Source: a virus
Taxonomy: Duplodnaviria; Caudoviricetes
DNA: 57,686 nt
IMG/VR virus record: IMGVR_UViG_3300037245_000940
Span: 1 to 57,686 of that record
Direction: 5' to 3' (one strand)
Both the position numbers and the translations under genes were made by a program. This document shows, in pieces, positions 9,350 through 17,157 of this stretch (positions are counted from its first letter, which is position 1; each line of letters opens with the position of its first letter). The notes beneath the pieces are model-generated. The model saw only the letters and a list, made by a program, of their open reading frames with translations. It had not been told where the DNA came from and did not search any database.

Positions 9350-11778
9350 AAATACTTCACATATTCCCATGGAGTTTTAAAATAGGTGGTCCTCAAAGGT
9401 TTATCCATGATCTTTGTATTGACTCTTTGAAGTATGCTGATGTTTATTTAATGATACCTAAAAGCAAAGAAGGAAGTTTTTTTACTAGTATAAGTGGATT
9501 AAACATTATAGAAACAGAAAATAATTCAGACGCTAAAGCTAGTCTACTTGAAATCAATCCTGATATCATACATCATCATAATATATCAGGTAAATGGCTT
9601 TTGAAGTTTATAGAAAAGGAAATGCCTAATAGACTTATAGCAACACACCATATAAAAGAAAGAAACGTAAACTATAAGTCTAATAAAGACGTTTACTTTT
9701 TCTATGATAACGGCCTTAACTGTATAAAGCACGGTATAGATACTGAGCTTTTCAAGCCTGTAGAAAGAGAAACAAAAAGAAACGTAGTAGGAATAATCGG
9801 TAGACGAACAAAAACCAAAATACCAGATAGTTTCATAGATGAATTATTAACTAATAGTAGGTATCAAAGTTTCGACTTCAAGATAATAGGAAGTCCTATT
9901 AATAAAGAAGATGACGAAATAGAAGAGAAGTTAAGTAAACTTAAAAACGTAGATTTTATTCCAGACTATACACACGAATCAGCAGTAGACGCTTACAATT
10001 CAGTTGACATAGTATTAATACCTACTAAGTCAGATGCAGGGTATACTGCCCTTGAGGCATGCTCGTGTGGAAAACCTGTAATCTATAGAGACTCTCAAGG
10101 GTTAAGCGATGCTATAGGCAGTGTAGGATTTTCATTCAAAGAAGATAGCGATATAATAAACATACTTGATAATTTTAAATTAGACAAGTATGCTTATGAT
10201 ACAGCTTCTGAAGCTTCTAGAGATTTTGTAATTGATAATTATAGCTTGCAACAAATGGTAGATGATTATATAGATGTGTATTCGATGAAAGTTAGAAAAG
10301 ACATAAAGAGGATAAAGAAAATGACCAAGCTTGGTAAAAAAGTATACGTTTTTGTAACTGTTCACAATAGGGTTGAGTGTACTAGAGAATGTATTGAAGC
10401 ACTAAACAAAACAGAAGGCGAGAACATAAAAATATTCTTATTTGAAAATCATTCTGACGTTGATAGAGAAGAGTTATTTAAATTATATAACTATTTTATA
10501 TCAAACAAGATGGTATCTTCTATAATTGTTAATACAAAAGATTCTATATGCGATACTGTGTGGTCAAAGTCTCTTGCATTTAGACAAATGATGAGTTTAA
10601 TAGAAGTTGCTCCAGAAGATAACCCAGAATACATGCTTATGATAGATAATGATAAAGTTGTTTTAGATGGTTGGCTAGAGGCATGTATCAATGTAATCGA
10701 ATCTGATGAAGCTAAAGATGAAAATATAAATGTTGTTTCAGCATGGCATAATAACGCATTAGGATATAACGTAAGCGATAGTATAACTGTAAATGATATA
10801 AATGTAGAAATTCAAAATAGACTAGGCGGTGCATTTTGGTTTTCGCGTTTAAAGTATTGGGAAAAGTTAGGACTTCCTAAATTAGATTTTCATGATGATC
10901 AATTTTTTTGGGATAAGGTAAACGAGTTTAGCGATAAATTCGGAGTTATAAAACCTCTCTTAGTTCGTCACTCAATGAAAGAAACTTATTCTTCCAGGAT
11001 AAAGTTCCTCGGTCGTAATTATAATAAGGATGAATATTCAATGTATGCTAGAAGTATGGACTGTGTTGCTAGTAGGTTTGAATTTTTCCATGATATAGAA
11101 TCATCTATAATTAAAAACACAGAATTGTTAAGAGATGATTATGATTATTATGTAGATAATGTTTCTGAAGCAGGATGGGCAGTTTCAAGGAAAATAGCTT
11201 CGCTATTATACTCAGTATGTGAGTTTACATCTCCTATGAACATACTAGATTTAGGTTCTGGTTTTTCTACATTTGTGTTAGCTAAATATGCAAAAAGCTT
11301 GAGTCATAAAATTAACATTTATTCATACGATTGTGATGACGCATGGCTAAAGAAAACCAAATCATTTTTAAGTAAAAACGGATTATTGGGATTTGTATCA
11401 ATTAAAAATTATAAAAAATTCAAAGGCGGTGAATTCGATTTAATATTTGATGATATAGAATGGGCAAATGGTGTAAGGAAAAGGGATTTAGAGAGTATCG
11501 TTTCTACACTAAGCCAAACAGGCATATTGATATTAGATGATATACATTGGGAAGTATTAGAGAAAAAAGCTAAAGAATTAGATGCAAGTAATAAATGCTG
11601 TTTTTATGATCTTAAAAAATATACACTAGATGGAAATAAAGACAGAAAAGCAGGATTGATATGTGATCCAGACAGCAATAAGCTTACATCAAGATTTTTG
11701 TTTAGGAATACAATCGGTAAAAAGAGAAAGACATCAAGCGATATTAAAAAAATGAAACGCGCAGGTGTAAGATGGTAG
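9346..11778 (+). CDS. Three-domain fusion: GT4 glycosyltransferase + GT2 glycosyltransferase + class I SAM methyltransferase
   Basis: MKILHI..IGGPQR and ALEACSCGKPVI (GT-B/GT4); VFVTVHNR and IDND (GT-A/GT2, DxD); ILDLGSGFST, FDLIFDD, GILILDD (Methyltransf_24-like). Confidence 0.85.
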   Translation: MKILHIFPWSFKIGGPQRFIHDLCIDSLKYADVYLMIPKSKEGSFFTSISGLNIIETENNSDAKASLLEINPDIIHHHNISGKWLLKFIEKEMPNRLIATHHIKERNVNYKSNKDVYFFYDNGLNCIKHGIDTELFKPVERETKRNVVGIIGRRTKTKIPDSFIDELLTNSRYQSFDFKIIGSPINKEDDEIEEKLSKLKNVDFIPDYTHESAVDAYNSVDIVLIPTKSDAGYTALEACSCGKPVIYRDSQGLSDAIGSVGFSFKEDSDIINILDNFKLDKYAYDTASEASRDFVIDNYSLQQMVDDYIDVYSMKVRKDIKRIKKMTKLGKKVYVFVTVHNRVECTRECIEALNKTEGENIKIFLFENHSDVDREELFKLYNYFISNKMVSSIIVNTKDSICDTVWSKSLAFRQMMSLIEVAPEDNPEYMLMIDNDKVVLDGWLEACINVIESDEAKDENINVVSAWHNNALGYNVSDSITVNDINVEIQNRLGGAFWFSRLKYWEKLGLPKLDFHDDQFFWDKVNEFSDKFGVIKPLLVRHSMKETYSSRIKFLGRNYNKDEYSMYARSMDCVASRFEFFHDIESSIIKNTELLRDDYDYYVDNVSEAGWAVSRKIASLLYSVCEFTSPMNILDLGSGFSTFVLAKYAKSLSHKINIYSYDCDDAWLKKTKSFLSKNGLLGFVSIKNYKKFKGGEFDLIFDDIEWANGVRKRDLESIVSTLSQTGILILDDIHWEVLEKKAKELDASNKCCFYDLKKYTLDGNKDRKAGLICDPDSNKLTSRFLFRNTIGKKRKTSSDIKKMKRAGVRW

Positions 11779-12296
11779 GTCAATACTGCGTAATAGAAGA
11801 AAATGTTATAATAGGCAAAGATTGCAAAATAGGTGACTATGTAAAATTGTCAAGCGGTACAGTGATAGGTGATAACTGTATCATAGAAGACTATGTAAGA
11901 ACTACAGGATCATGTTACATAGGAAACAATGCAGTAATAAAAACAGGCTCAATAATATCAAGGGGCGTTGAAATTTGCAATGATGTTTTTATAGGTGCAG
12001 GTGTAGTTACAGGAAGTACTCAACTAATAAAAGGAAAACACAAATTAGTAGTAACTCATATAGGTAGTAACTGCAAGGTCTATTCATCTACTAACATTAT
12101 ACCAGGATCATTCATAGGTAATGATTGCATAATAGGTGCAAGTTCTAACGTATGGGGTAAATACGAACTAGGGTTCATGTATGCTGGAAACCCATGTGTA
12201 AAGAAAAAAAAGCTAGGAAGTTTTATAGATTTAATAGCTATTGATAATATAGGCCATTTATGGAAAAGTGAATCATTTAAAAGACTATGGGAGTAA
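11772..12296 (+). CDS. Hexapeptide-repeat (left-handed beta-helix) acetyl/acyltransferase
   Basis: Repeated IG.NC.I hexapeptides, C-terminal AGNP motif. Confidence 0.85.
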   Translation: MVGQYCVIEENVIIGKDCKIGDYVKLSSGTVIGDNCIIEDYVRTTGSCYIGNNAVIKTGSIISRGVEICNDVFIGAGVVTGSTQLIKGKHKLVVTHIGSNCKVYSSTNIIPGSFIGNDCIIGASSNVWGKYELGFMYAGNPCVKKKKLGSFIDLIAIDNIGHLWKSESFKRLWE

Positions 12297-12316
12297 TAAG
12301 CAGTGATATACACTAA

Positions 12317-13141
12317 ATGAATACAGCCTATAGTATACAAAAATATCTAAAAGAATTAAAAGTTGAGTCTACAATAGTAGGCGATGGCAATAGCGAATTT
12401 TTAGATATATCTGACTTAGGAAGCTGTAAATTAAGTTCATTAATATTCGTACATAGTCTAGGTTCTAAGGAAAAAGAAAATGAACGATTGAACATTGTAA
12501 ATAAAAAGCAACCTTCGATTGTGATTACTACAAAAGAAATAAGAGAAAAATTATCGGGGTATGGATGTGTAATAGAGGTACACAATCCTAGGTTGGCTTT
12601 TTCATTAATAGCAAAGAAACTAAACAAAGGACTCGAAAACGAAGGTATAGATAGAAACTGCATAATATACGATGACTTTGTTACTATTGGTAAACTAGTT
12701 TCTATAGGTCCATTCTCTGTAATAGGAAATGTAGGGTTAAGCCCTAATAAAGTAGATAGAAACCTAGACAACACTGCACATTTAGGTAAAGTTGAAATAG
12801 GATTTAAGGTTTCTATCGGTTCAAACTGTCACATAGCAAGGGCAGTATTAGGCAAAACGATCATAGGCAATTCAAGTATCATAGCTAACAATGTAACAAT
12901 AGGCCATGGCACAAAGCTGGGTAAGCGTGTGAAGGTTGCCCCTGGTGTTGTCATCAGTGGTAGCTGCGATATAGGCAATGATACCTGGATAGGCCCGAAT
13001 GTATCGATCAAGGAAAATATAACTATCGGTGCTAATTGTTTCATCGGTATCGGCTCTGTAGTATTACAAGATGTACCTGATGATTCTATAGCCTATGGAA
13101 ACCCTGCTAAGGTTCGCAAAGATGCAAGGCAACCATGGTAA
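12317..13141 (+). CDS. LpxD-like hexapeptide acyltransferase
   Basis: LpxD-like N-terminal domain (VHNPRLAFS), hexapeptide repeats, IANNVTIGH with the catalytic-position His, C-terminal YGNPAK. Confidence 0.8.
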   Translation: MNTAYSIQKYLKELKVESTIVGDGNSEFLDISDLGSCKLSSLIFVHSLGSKEKENERLNIVNKKQPSIVITTKEIREKLSGYGCVIEVHNPRLAFSLIAKKLNKGLENEGIDRNCIIYDDFVTIGKLVSIGPFSVIGNVGLSPNKVDRNLDNTAHLGKVEIGFKVSIGSNCHIARAVLGKTIIGNSSIIANNVTIGHGTKLGKRVKVAPGVVISGSCDIGNDTWIGPNVSIKENITIGANCFIGIGSVVLQDVPDDSIAYGNPAKVRKDARQPW

Positions 13142-13755
13142 GTATCGACTATAAAAACGCCCGTGTGCTAGCTGTTGGCGCACACGCCGATGATATCGAG
13201 CTGGGCTGTGCAGGTTTCCTTTCAAGGTTCAAGTTCAAGCCGATCCTTGCTGTTGCGGCTTGTGGAAAAAACGATATCAGAAGCAGAGAATCAATGCTAT
13301 CTTGCAAAGTGTTAAAAGCAACCTTTAGACCTATGATGTTACAAGATAAGAACCTAGATATTGTTTTACTTATACAAAAAATAGAAACGTTAATTTCAGA
13401 TATTAAACCTACAATAATATTAACTCATTCAACGAATGATTCACACCAGGACCACAGGACAGTTAACAAGGCTGTTATTAGTGCAGTAAGAAATAAAAAC
13501 TGTACGGTATTATTTTTTAAATCACCTTCTACTTTAGATTTTAAACCGAACGTATTTGTAGAATTAAGTAAGCAAAATATCAATACTAAATTAAGGGCGT
13601 TAAAAGAACATTCCACACAAGCCCACCGTAGGTTTATTGAGCCTACGATAGTCAAATCAGTAGCACGGTATTGGGGAACCACTTATAGAAGTAATAACGA
13701 GTACTGCGAACCGTTTGAACTTTTCAGAATGGTAATTAATGATATACAAGAATAA
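13135..13755 (+). CDS. PIG-L/LmbE family N-acetylglucosaminyl deacetylase
   Basis: GAHADDIELGC and DSHQDH metal-binding motifs; KL.AL..H.TQ; final E.F. Confidence 0.9.
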   Translation: MVSIDYKNARVLAVGAHADDIELGCAGFLSRFKFKPILAVAACGKNDIRSRESMLSCKVLKATFRPMMLQDKNLDIVLLIQKIETLISDIKPTIILTHSTNDSHQDHRTVNKAVISAVRNKNCTVLFFKSPSTLDFKPNVFVELSKQNINTKLRALKEHSTQAHRRFIEPTIVKSVARYWGTTYRSNNEYCEPFELFRMVINDIQE

Positions 13756-14344
13756 GAATCTACTAGTACATATACCGAAAACAGGTGTTACATCGTTCAG
13801 GCATTTGTTATTTTTGCATACAGGTGAAGTTAATAAGTATGATAATATACCGTATAAGCATTTCACTGTCAAGGAAGCACTGACACATGGAGTCGGTGAA
13901 GTAGATAATATTTATACTATATTTAGAAACCCACTAGATAGAATGTTATCGCTATATAGTTTTTATAAACAGATTTATTTCACTCAAGGACTTGAAAAGA
14001 ATCAGCCGGAAGTGTATAAGATCGTTAAACATTGCGGTTTTAATGAGTTTATAAAAGAACTGCAACACTTGCCCGTGCATTACCATTGGGTAGACTATGA
14101 TTACTTTGTTTGCATAGATGGCAAGGTACCGGAAAACTTAACATGGTTATGGTTTGAAGAGTTACAAGATAGCTTCGAATATTTGTTAGAAGTCTTCGGA
14201 GTTGATAGGAACGATGCAAGGAAAATAGAGTTACCGCACATTTTCAAGAGTAAGCACATTGACTATAAAAAAGCATACTCCGAACAGTCAATAGAGATTG
14301 TTCGGAGTATGTTCCCATTTGCTTTTGATGGGATGTATTGTTAG
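13739..14344 (+). CDS. Sulfotransferase (Sulfotransfer_2 family)
   Basis: VHIPKTGVTS (5'-PAPS loop) and FRNPLDRMLSLY (3'-phosphate motif). Confidence 0.85.
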   Translation: MIYKNKNLLVHIPKTGVTSFRHLLFLHTGEVNKYDNIPYKHFTVKEALTHGVGEVDNIYTIFRNPLDRMLSLYSFYKQIYFTQGLEKNQPEVYKIVKHCGFNEFIKELQHLPVHYHWVDYDYFVCIDGKVPENLTWLWFEELQDSFEYLLEVFGVDRNDARKIELPHIFKSKHIDYKKAYSEQSIEIVRSMFPFAFDGMYC

Positions 14345-14637
14345 TTATTTACTGCATCAGAAAGAGCCTTGTGTGCAGACCCTTCACCATTATCTCTATC
14401 ATATCCCCATACCGAAATCTCCTTATCTTCAGTAAATCGTATTTTCATAACACGCCCCTCAAGGTAATCAAAATCAGAATGGTCTTTTAATAGTGATAAA
14501 GCTTCTGATTCAGTCATAACATGCGAAGGTACATAATGGAGTGCTCCCATCCCCTGTGTTTTTGCATTGTTAAAAAGAGATGCTAAGATTTTTTCAGGCG
14601 TCGATTCGATGGTTCCGATAAAGTACGTTGCTCTCAT
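14341..14637 (-). CDS. Hypothetical protein
   Basis: AAGGAG RBS upstream; 98 aa ORF convergent with the sulfotransferase. Confidence 0.75.
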   Translation of the reverse strand: MRATYFIGTIESTPEKILASLFNNAKTQGMGALHYVPSHVMTESEALSLLKDHSDFDYLEGRVMKIRFTEDKEISVWGYDRDNGEGSAHKALSDAVNN

Positions 14638-14672
14638 TCTGTTCTCCTTCAGTGTTTAGGTTCTTTGATTCA

Positions 14673-14701
14673 ATACTCACCGCTCAATGAGCGGTGAGTA
14701 T
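14673..14701. repeat. 14-bp perfect inverted repeat with 1-nt centre
   Basis: ATACTCACCGCTCA-A-TGAGCGGTGAGTAT. Confidence 0.9.
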
Positions 14702-14708
14702 GTTTGTG

Positions 14709-14930
14709 TTAAAACTTTATAACTCTGAAAGCAAAATACTTGCTTACAAATCTAAAGCCATCTTCAAAAGAATTTTGAAAACATTCTGTATCAAGAATAT
14801 AGTCGCCTAAATCATAGCATTGACTTATCGTCAACCCATATGTTTCGCCACTGGGTAGCCAATGAACCACTCTAAATTTTTTATCATTTAGGTCTTTTAT
14901 CTCTTGCCTCATTGTAAACTTTTTCGCCAT
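14709..14930 (-). CDS. Hypothetical early protein (start moved to MAKKF)
   Basis: GAGGG RBS, downstream of promoter at 15002-14974. Confidence 0.7.
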   Translation of the reverse strand: MAKKFTMRQEIKDLNDKKFRVVHWLPSGETYGLTISQCYDLGDYILDTECFQNSFEDGFRFVSKYFAFRVIKF

Positions 14931-14973
14931 TGCATTACCCTCTTGTGTTGCGTTTCTCAATTCCATAATCAGT

Positions 14974-15002
14974 AATCTATCAGACCCAAAACGCCTTGTC
15001 AA
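14974..15002 (-). promoter_or_regulatory. Sigma70-type promoter
   Basis: TTGACA-N17-TAGATT with extended TG and A-rich UP element. Confidence 0.75.
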
Positions 15003-15264
15003 CACTTATTTTTATTATTTTAAAAAGAATTTTTAACCCAACAAAATCAAGCACTTACAAACGCTCCCATTCTAAACAACATAGCTATAACGCTATACAA
15101 AGCACAGCGATCAAGGATCGTTCTTACGCCTCTATATAATGGGGAGTACCAGGACAAGGCGGTACCCTGGTACTCTAAGCGGTGCCAAACCTCACAAGGC
15201 GAAATTTGACAGAAACACGTATAGACCTTTAATAAAGAAAAATTACTAAATGTGAAAAAACATC

Positions 15265-15293
15265 TTGACAAAAGTTTCTAAATCGATTATGTT
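15265..15293 (+). promoter_or_regulatory. Sigma70-type promoter
   Basis: TTGACA-N17-TATGTT. Confidence 0.75.
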
Positions 15294-15347
15294 CTTTTCG
15301 TTGTTCAATTTTGAACTATCTTTTAAACTCATTCAAGGAGAAATGTC

Positions 15348-15722
15348 ATGGCTATGGGAACAGAAGTTGATACCGCTACAGTGATTAAGATTGTCGATGA
15401 CTTTAAATTGACGCCCGATGTTAATGGTAGCAAGACCTTTACAGCTACTGTTACTGGAAAGAATCTTAAAGAGCAACAGGCTAAAGCAGAAGCACAGGCA
15501 TTTGCGAGTGGTTGGGGTAAAATTGTTTATCACAGTGATGAACATCCTAAGGGTGTTACATTGTTTGGTAACTTTCAGTCTATGAAGGGTTTTAGACTTC
15601 GTTGTGATCCAACTGATGACTATGTAGAAGGTCAGCGCAAAAAGGGTATTACCCTTAAACGCAAAGCAGCAGAACGTAAAGCAGCTAAGGCAGCAGCAGC
15701 TAATCAAGCTCCTAATGCGTAA
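15348..15722 (+). CDS. Hypothetical protein with Lys/Ala-rich C-terminal tail
   Basis: AAGGAG RBS, own promoter and terminator. Confidence 0.85.
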   Translation: MAMGTEVDTATVIKIVDDFKLTPDVNGSKTFTATVTGKNLKEQQAKAEAQAFASGWGKIVYHSDEHPKGVTLFGNFQSMKGFRLRCDPTDDYVEGQRKKGITLKRKAAERKAAKAAAANQAPNA

Positions 15723-15734
15723 TTTAGTATAAGG

Positions 15735-15765
15735 ATAACCCCTGGTATTCAGGGGTTATTTTTTT
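15735..15765 (+). terminator. Rho-independent terminator
   Basis: ATAACCCCTG-GTATT-CAGGGGTTAT followed by a T run. Confidence 0.85.
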
Positions 15766-15802
15766 GCTTAAAGAGAATCAACATAAAAATAAAAAAAAGT
15801 AC

Positions 15803-15831
15803 TTGACAAAGATAAAAAAATATGAGACAAT
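15803..15831 (+). promoter_or_regulatory. Sigma70-type promoter (tRNA/ncRNA operon)
   Basis: TTGACA-N17-GACAAT with extended TG, A-tract upstream. Confidence 0.65.
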
Positions 15832-15863
15832 CCTAATCATCGAATGACATACAGGGGTACATA

Positions 15864-15965
15864 ATGATTCAAACTGCAATGTTTTTAATATTTTTTATAA
15901 CATATCTTTTGATTGCTGATTTTGTATATAGCATTTTTAGAAAGGTTAAGGGCTTAGATGTATAA
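15864..15965 (+). CDS. 33-aa hydrophobic small protein (not in ORF track)
   Basis: AGGGG RBS; MIQTAMFLIFFITYLLIADFVYSIFRKVKGLDV; overlaps the next start. Confidence 0.55.
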   Translation: MIQTAMFLIFFITYLLIADFVYSIFRKVKGLDV

Positions 15966-16269
15966 GCTTTGCTTTGAATGTTATAACTGTAAGCTATCGC
16001 CTAAAGTCACAAGCTTTGATAGACTTGCATCGTGCAAAGCTGGTAAATTTAAATACTTAGACTTGATTGATGTACCTTCGCTAGAACATTGTGTTAGATC
16101 CAATCTTGATATAGACTTTATTAAAAAGCGTAAAAAAATAGATGGTAAATTAATCATAAAAGGTAATTATATAAATTTAGGACATGATATTCCAAAACCT
16201 TTACTTAAGGCAATTCATAAGTATATAATTGGTCCTGGTATGGTATATATGCCATCTGAAAACACATAA
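15958..16269 (+). CDS. Hypothetical protein, Cys-rich N-terminus
   Basis: ORF track; CFECYNC. Confidence 0.65.
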   Translation: MYKLCFECYNCKLSPKVTSFDRLASCKAGKFKYLDLIDVPSLEHCVRSNLDIDFIKKRKKIDGKLIIKGNYINLGHDIPKPLLKAIHKYIIGPGMVYMPSENT

Positions 16270-16357
16270 GCTAGTTTGGTGAAATTGGTAGACACAAGGG
16301 ACTTAAAATCCCTCGGTATTAAATACTGTATCGGTTCAAGTCCGATAACTAGCACCA
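16270..16357 (+). tRNA. tRNA-Leu (anticodon TAA)
   Basis: Acceptor GCTAGTT/AACTAGC + ACCA; anticodon arm AGGGA-CT TAA AA-TCCCT; long variable arm; GGTTCAAGTCC T arm. Confidence 0.95.
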
Positions 16358-16381
16358 TAACATTCATAAGGAGAAACGATA

Positions 16382-16711
16382 ATGGCAAGACTTAGCACCC
16401 CGTTTAAAACATTGTTAAGGCATACTAACAACAGAGTTAGTAACCATTTGAATGCAGTTCCTGATTGGATTAAGGAATCTGTTATCACCGCAAGTGGGGA
16501 CTTCTTTGATGGTGAAGATAGCTTGGGAAAATCCAAGGAGATCAAAGCAGGCGGTTTGTTACACCTTCAGGTTGTTAATGGTTGGCTTAATGCTAATACA
16601 CCTGCACCTAAAAGGTTTCCTGAAGCATATTCAGACTTGCTTGATAATACAAGTGCGTTTATGAATTCTGATTATGAAAAGTGGGAAGCTAAACAAGCTC
16701 CAAAGTTATAA
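16382..16711 (+). CDS. Hypothetical protein between tRNAs
   Basis: AAGGAG RBS; 109 aa. Confidence 0.8.
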   Translation: MARLSTPFKTLLRHTNNRVSNHLNAVPDWIKESVITASGDFFDGEDSLGKSKEIKAGGLLHLQVVNGWLNANTPAPKRFPEAYSDLLDNTSAFMNSDYEKWEAKQAPKL

Positions 16712-16720
16712 TGATAGTAT

Positions 16721-16797
16721 GCCCTTGTAACTCAGTTGGTTAGAGTCCTCGCCCTATAAGCGAGTTGTCGATTGTTCAAGTCAATCCAGGGGTACCA
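16721..16797 (+). tRNA. tRNA-Ile (anticodon TAT), atypical C33 and G1-U72
   Basis: Acceptor GCCCTTG/CAGGGGT + ACCA; anticodon arm CTCGC-CC TAT AA-GCGAG; T arm GATTG-TTCAAGT-CAATC. Confidence 0.85.
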
Positions 16798-16798
16798 T

Positions 16799-16931
16799 GG
16801 CGTGATAGCTTAACAACAATAATACTATCGCTACTTTTCTAGTATTAGAGTAAAGCGTTATGTATAGGCGGTACATAAAGATGTAGGTAACAATGCTTCT
16901 GCACTAGGCTAGCTGAATCCTACAAGCGCCG
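16799..16931 (+). ncRNA. tRNA-like RNA with enlarged D, anticodon and T loops
   Basis: GGCGT/GCGCC ends, GCTT/AAGC D stem, TTATGT/ACATAA stem, GTAGG/CCTAC T stem ending GAAT. Confidence 0.5.
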
Positions 16932-16956
16932 ACAATTTAATACGAGTGAGGATACA

Positions 16957-17157
16957 ATGGTATACAACATTTACATGGCTTCATGGTTAGTATGGTTCGT
17001 AGCTGCTGGTTTTAGTTTATTCTTTGTCATAAAATTGTTAAGCTATATAATCATTAAAGGCAATCCTCTTAACGTAGAGCCTGAATCTACAAATAAACTT
17101 ATGTGGATTACAATAGCTTTTATGTGGGCACATTTTGGCGTAAGGATGTTATTATAA
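16957..17157 (+). CDS. Small two-TM membrane protein
   Basis: GAGGA RBS; two hydrophobic segments. Confidence 0.65.
   Translation: MVYNIYMASWLVWFVAAGFSLFFVIKLLSYIIIKGNPLNVEPESTNKLMWITIAFMWAHFGVRMLL

Noticed and set aside
12317-13141. Calling this gene lpxD and the cluster a captured host lipid A operon
   Set aside because: Shorter than LpxD, lacks its C-terminal helical region, and no lpxA/lpxB/fabZ context
14931-15005. Apparent homologous N-termini MLTRRFGSDRLLIME / MLTSLIGSDKLLIME in ORFs 14709-15005 and 41882-42178
   Set aside because: These are translations of the conserved promoter (TTG of TTGACA used as start); real starts are downstream at 14930 and 42097
15047-15271. 74-aa ORF, and likewise 42282-42470
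   Set aside because: Both span promoter and hairpin regions, lack an RBS and have atypical composition
16721-16797. Amber-suppressor tRNA (CTA visible in the anticodon loop) and stop-codon recoding
   Set aside because: The 5-bp stem places TAT, not CTA, at 34-36; long genes are intact in the standard code and several end at TAG or TGA
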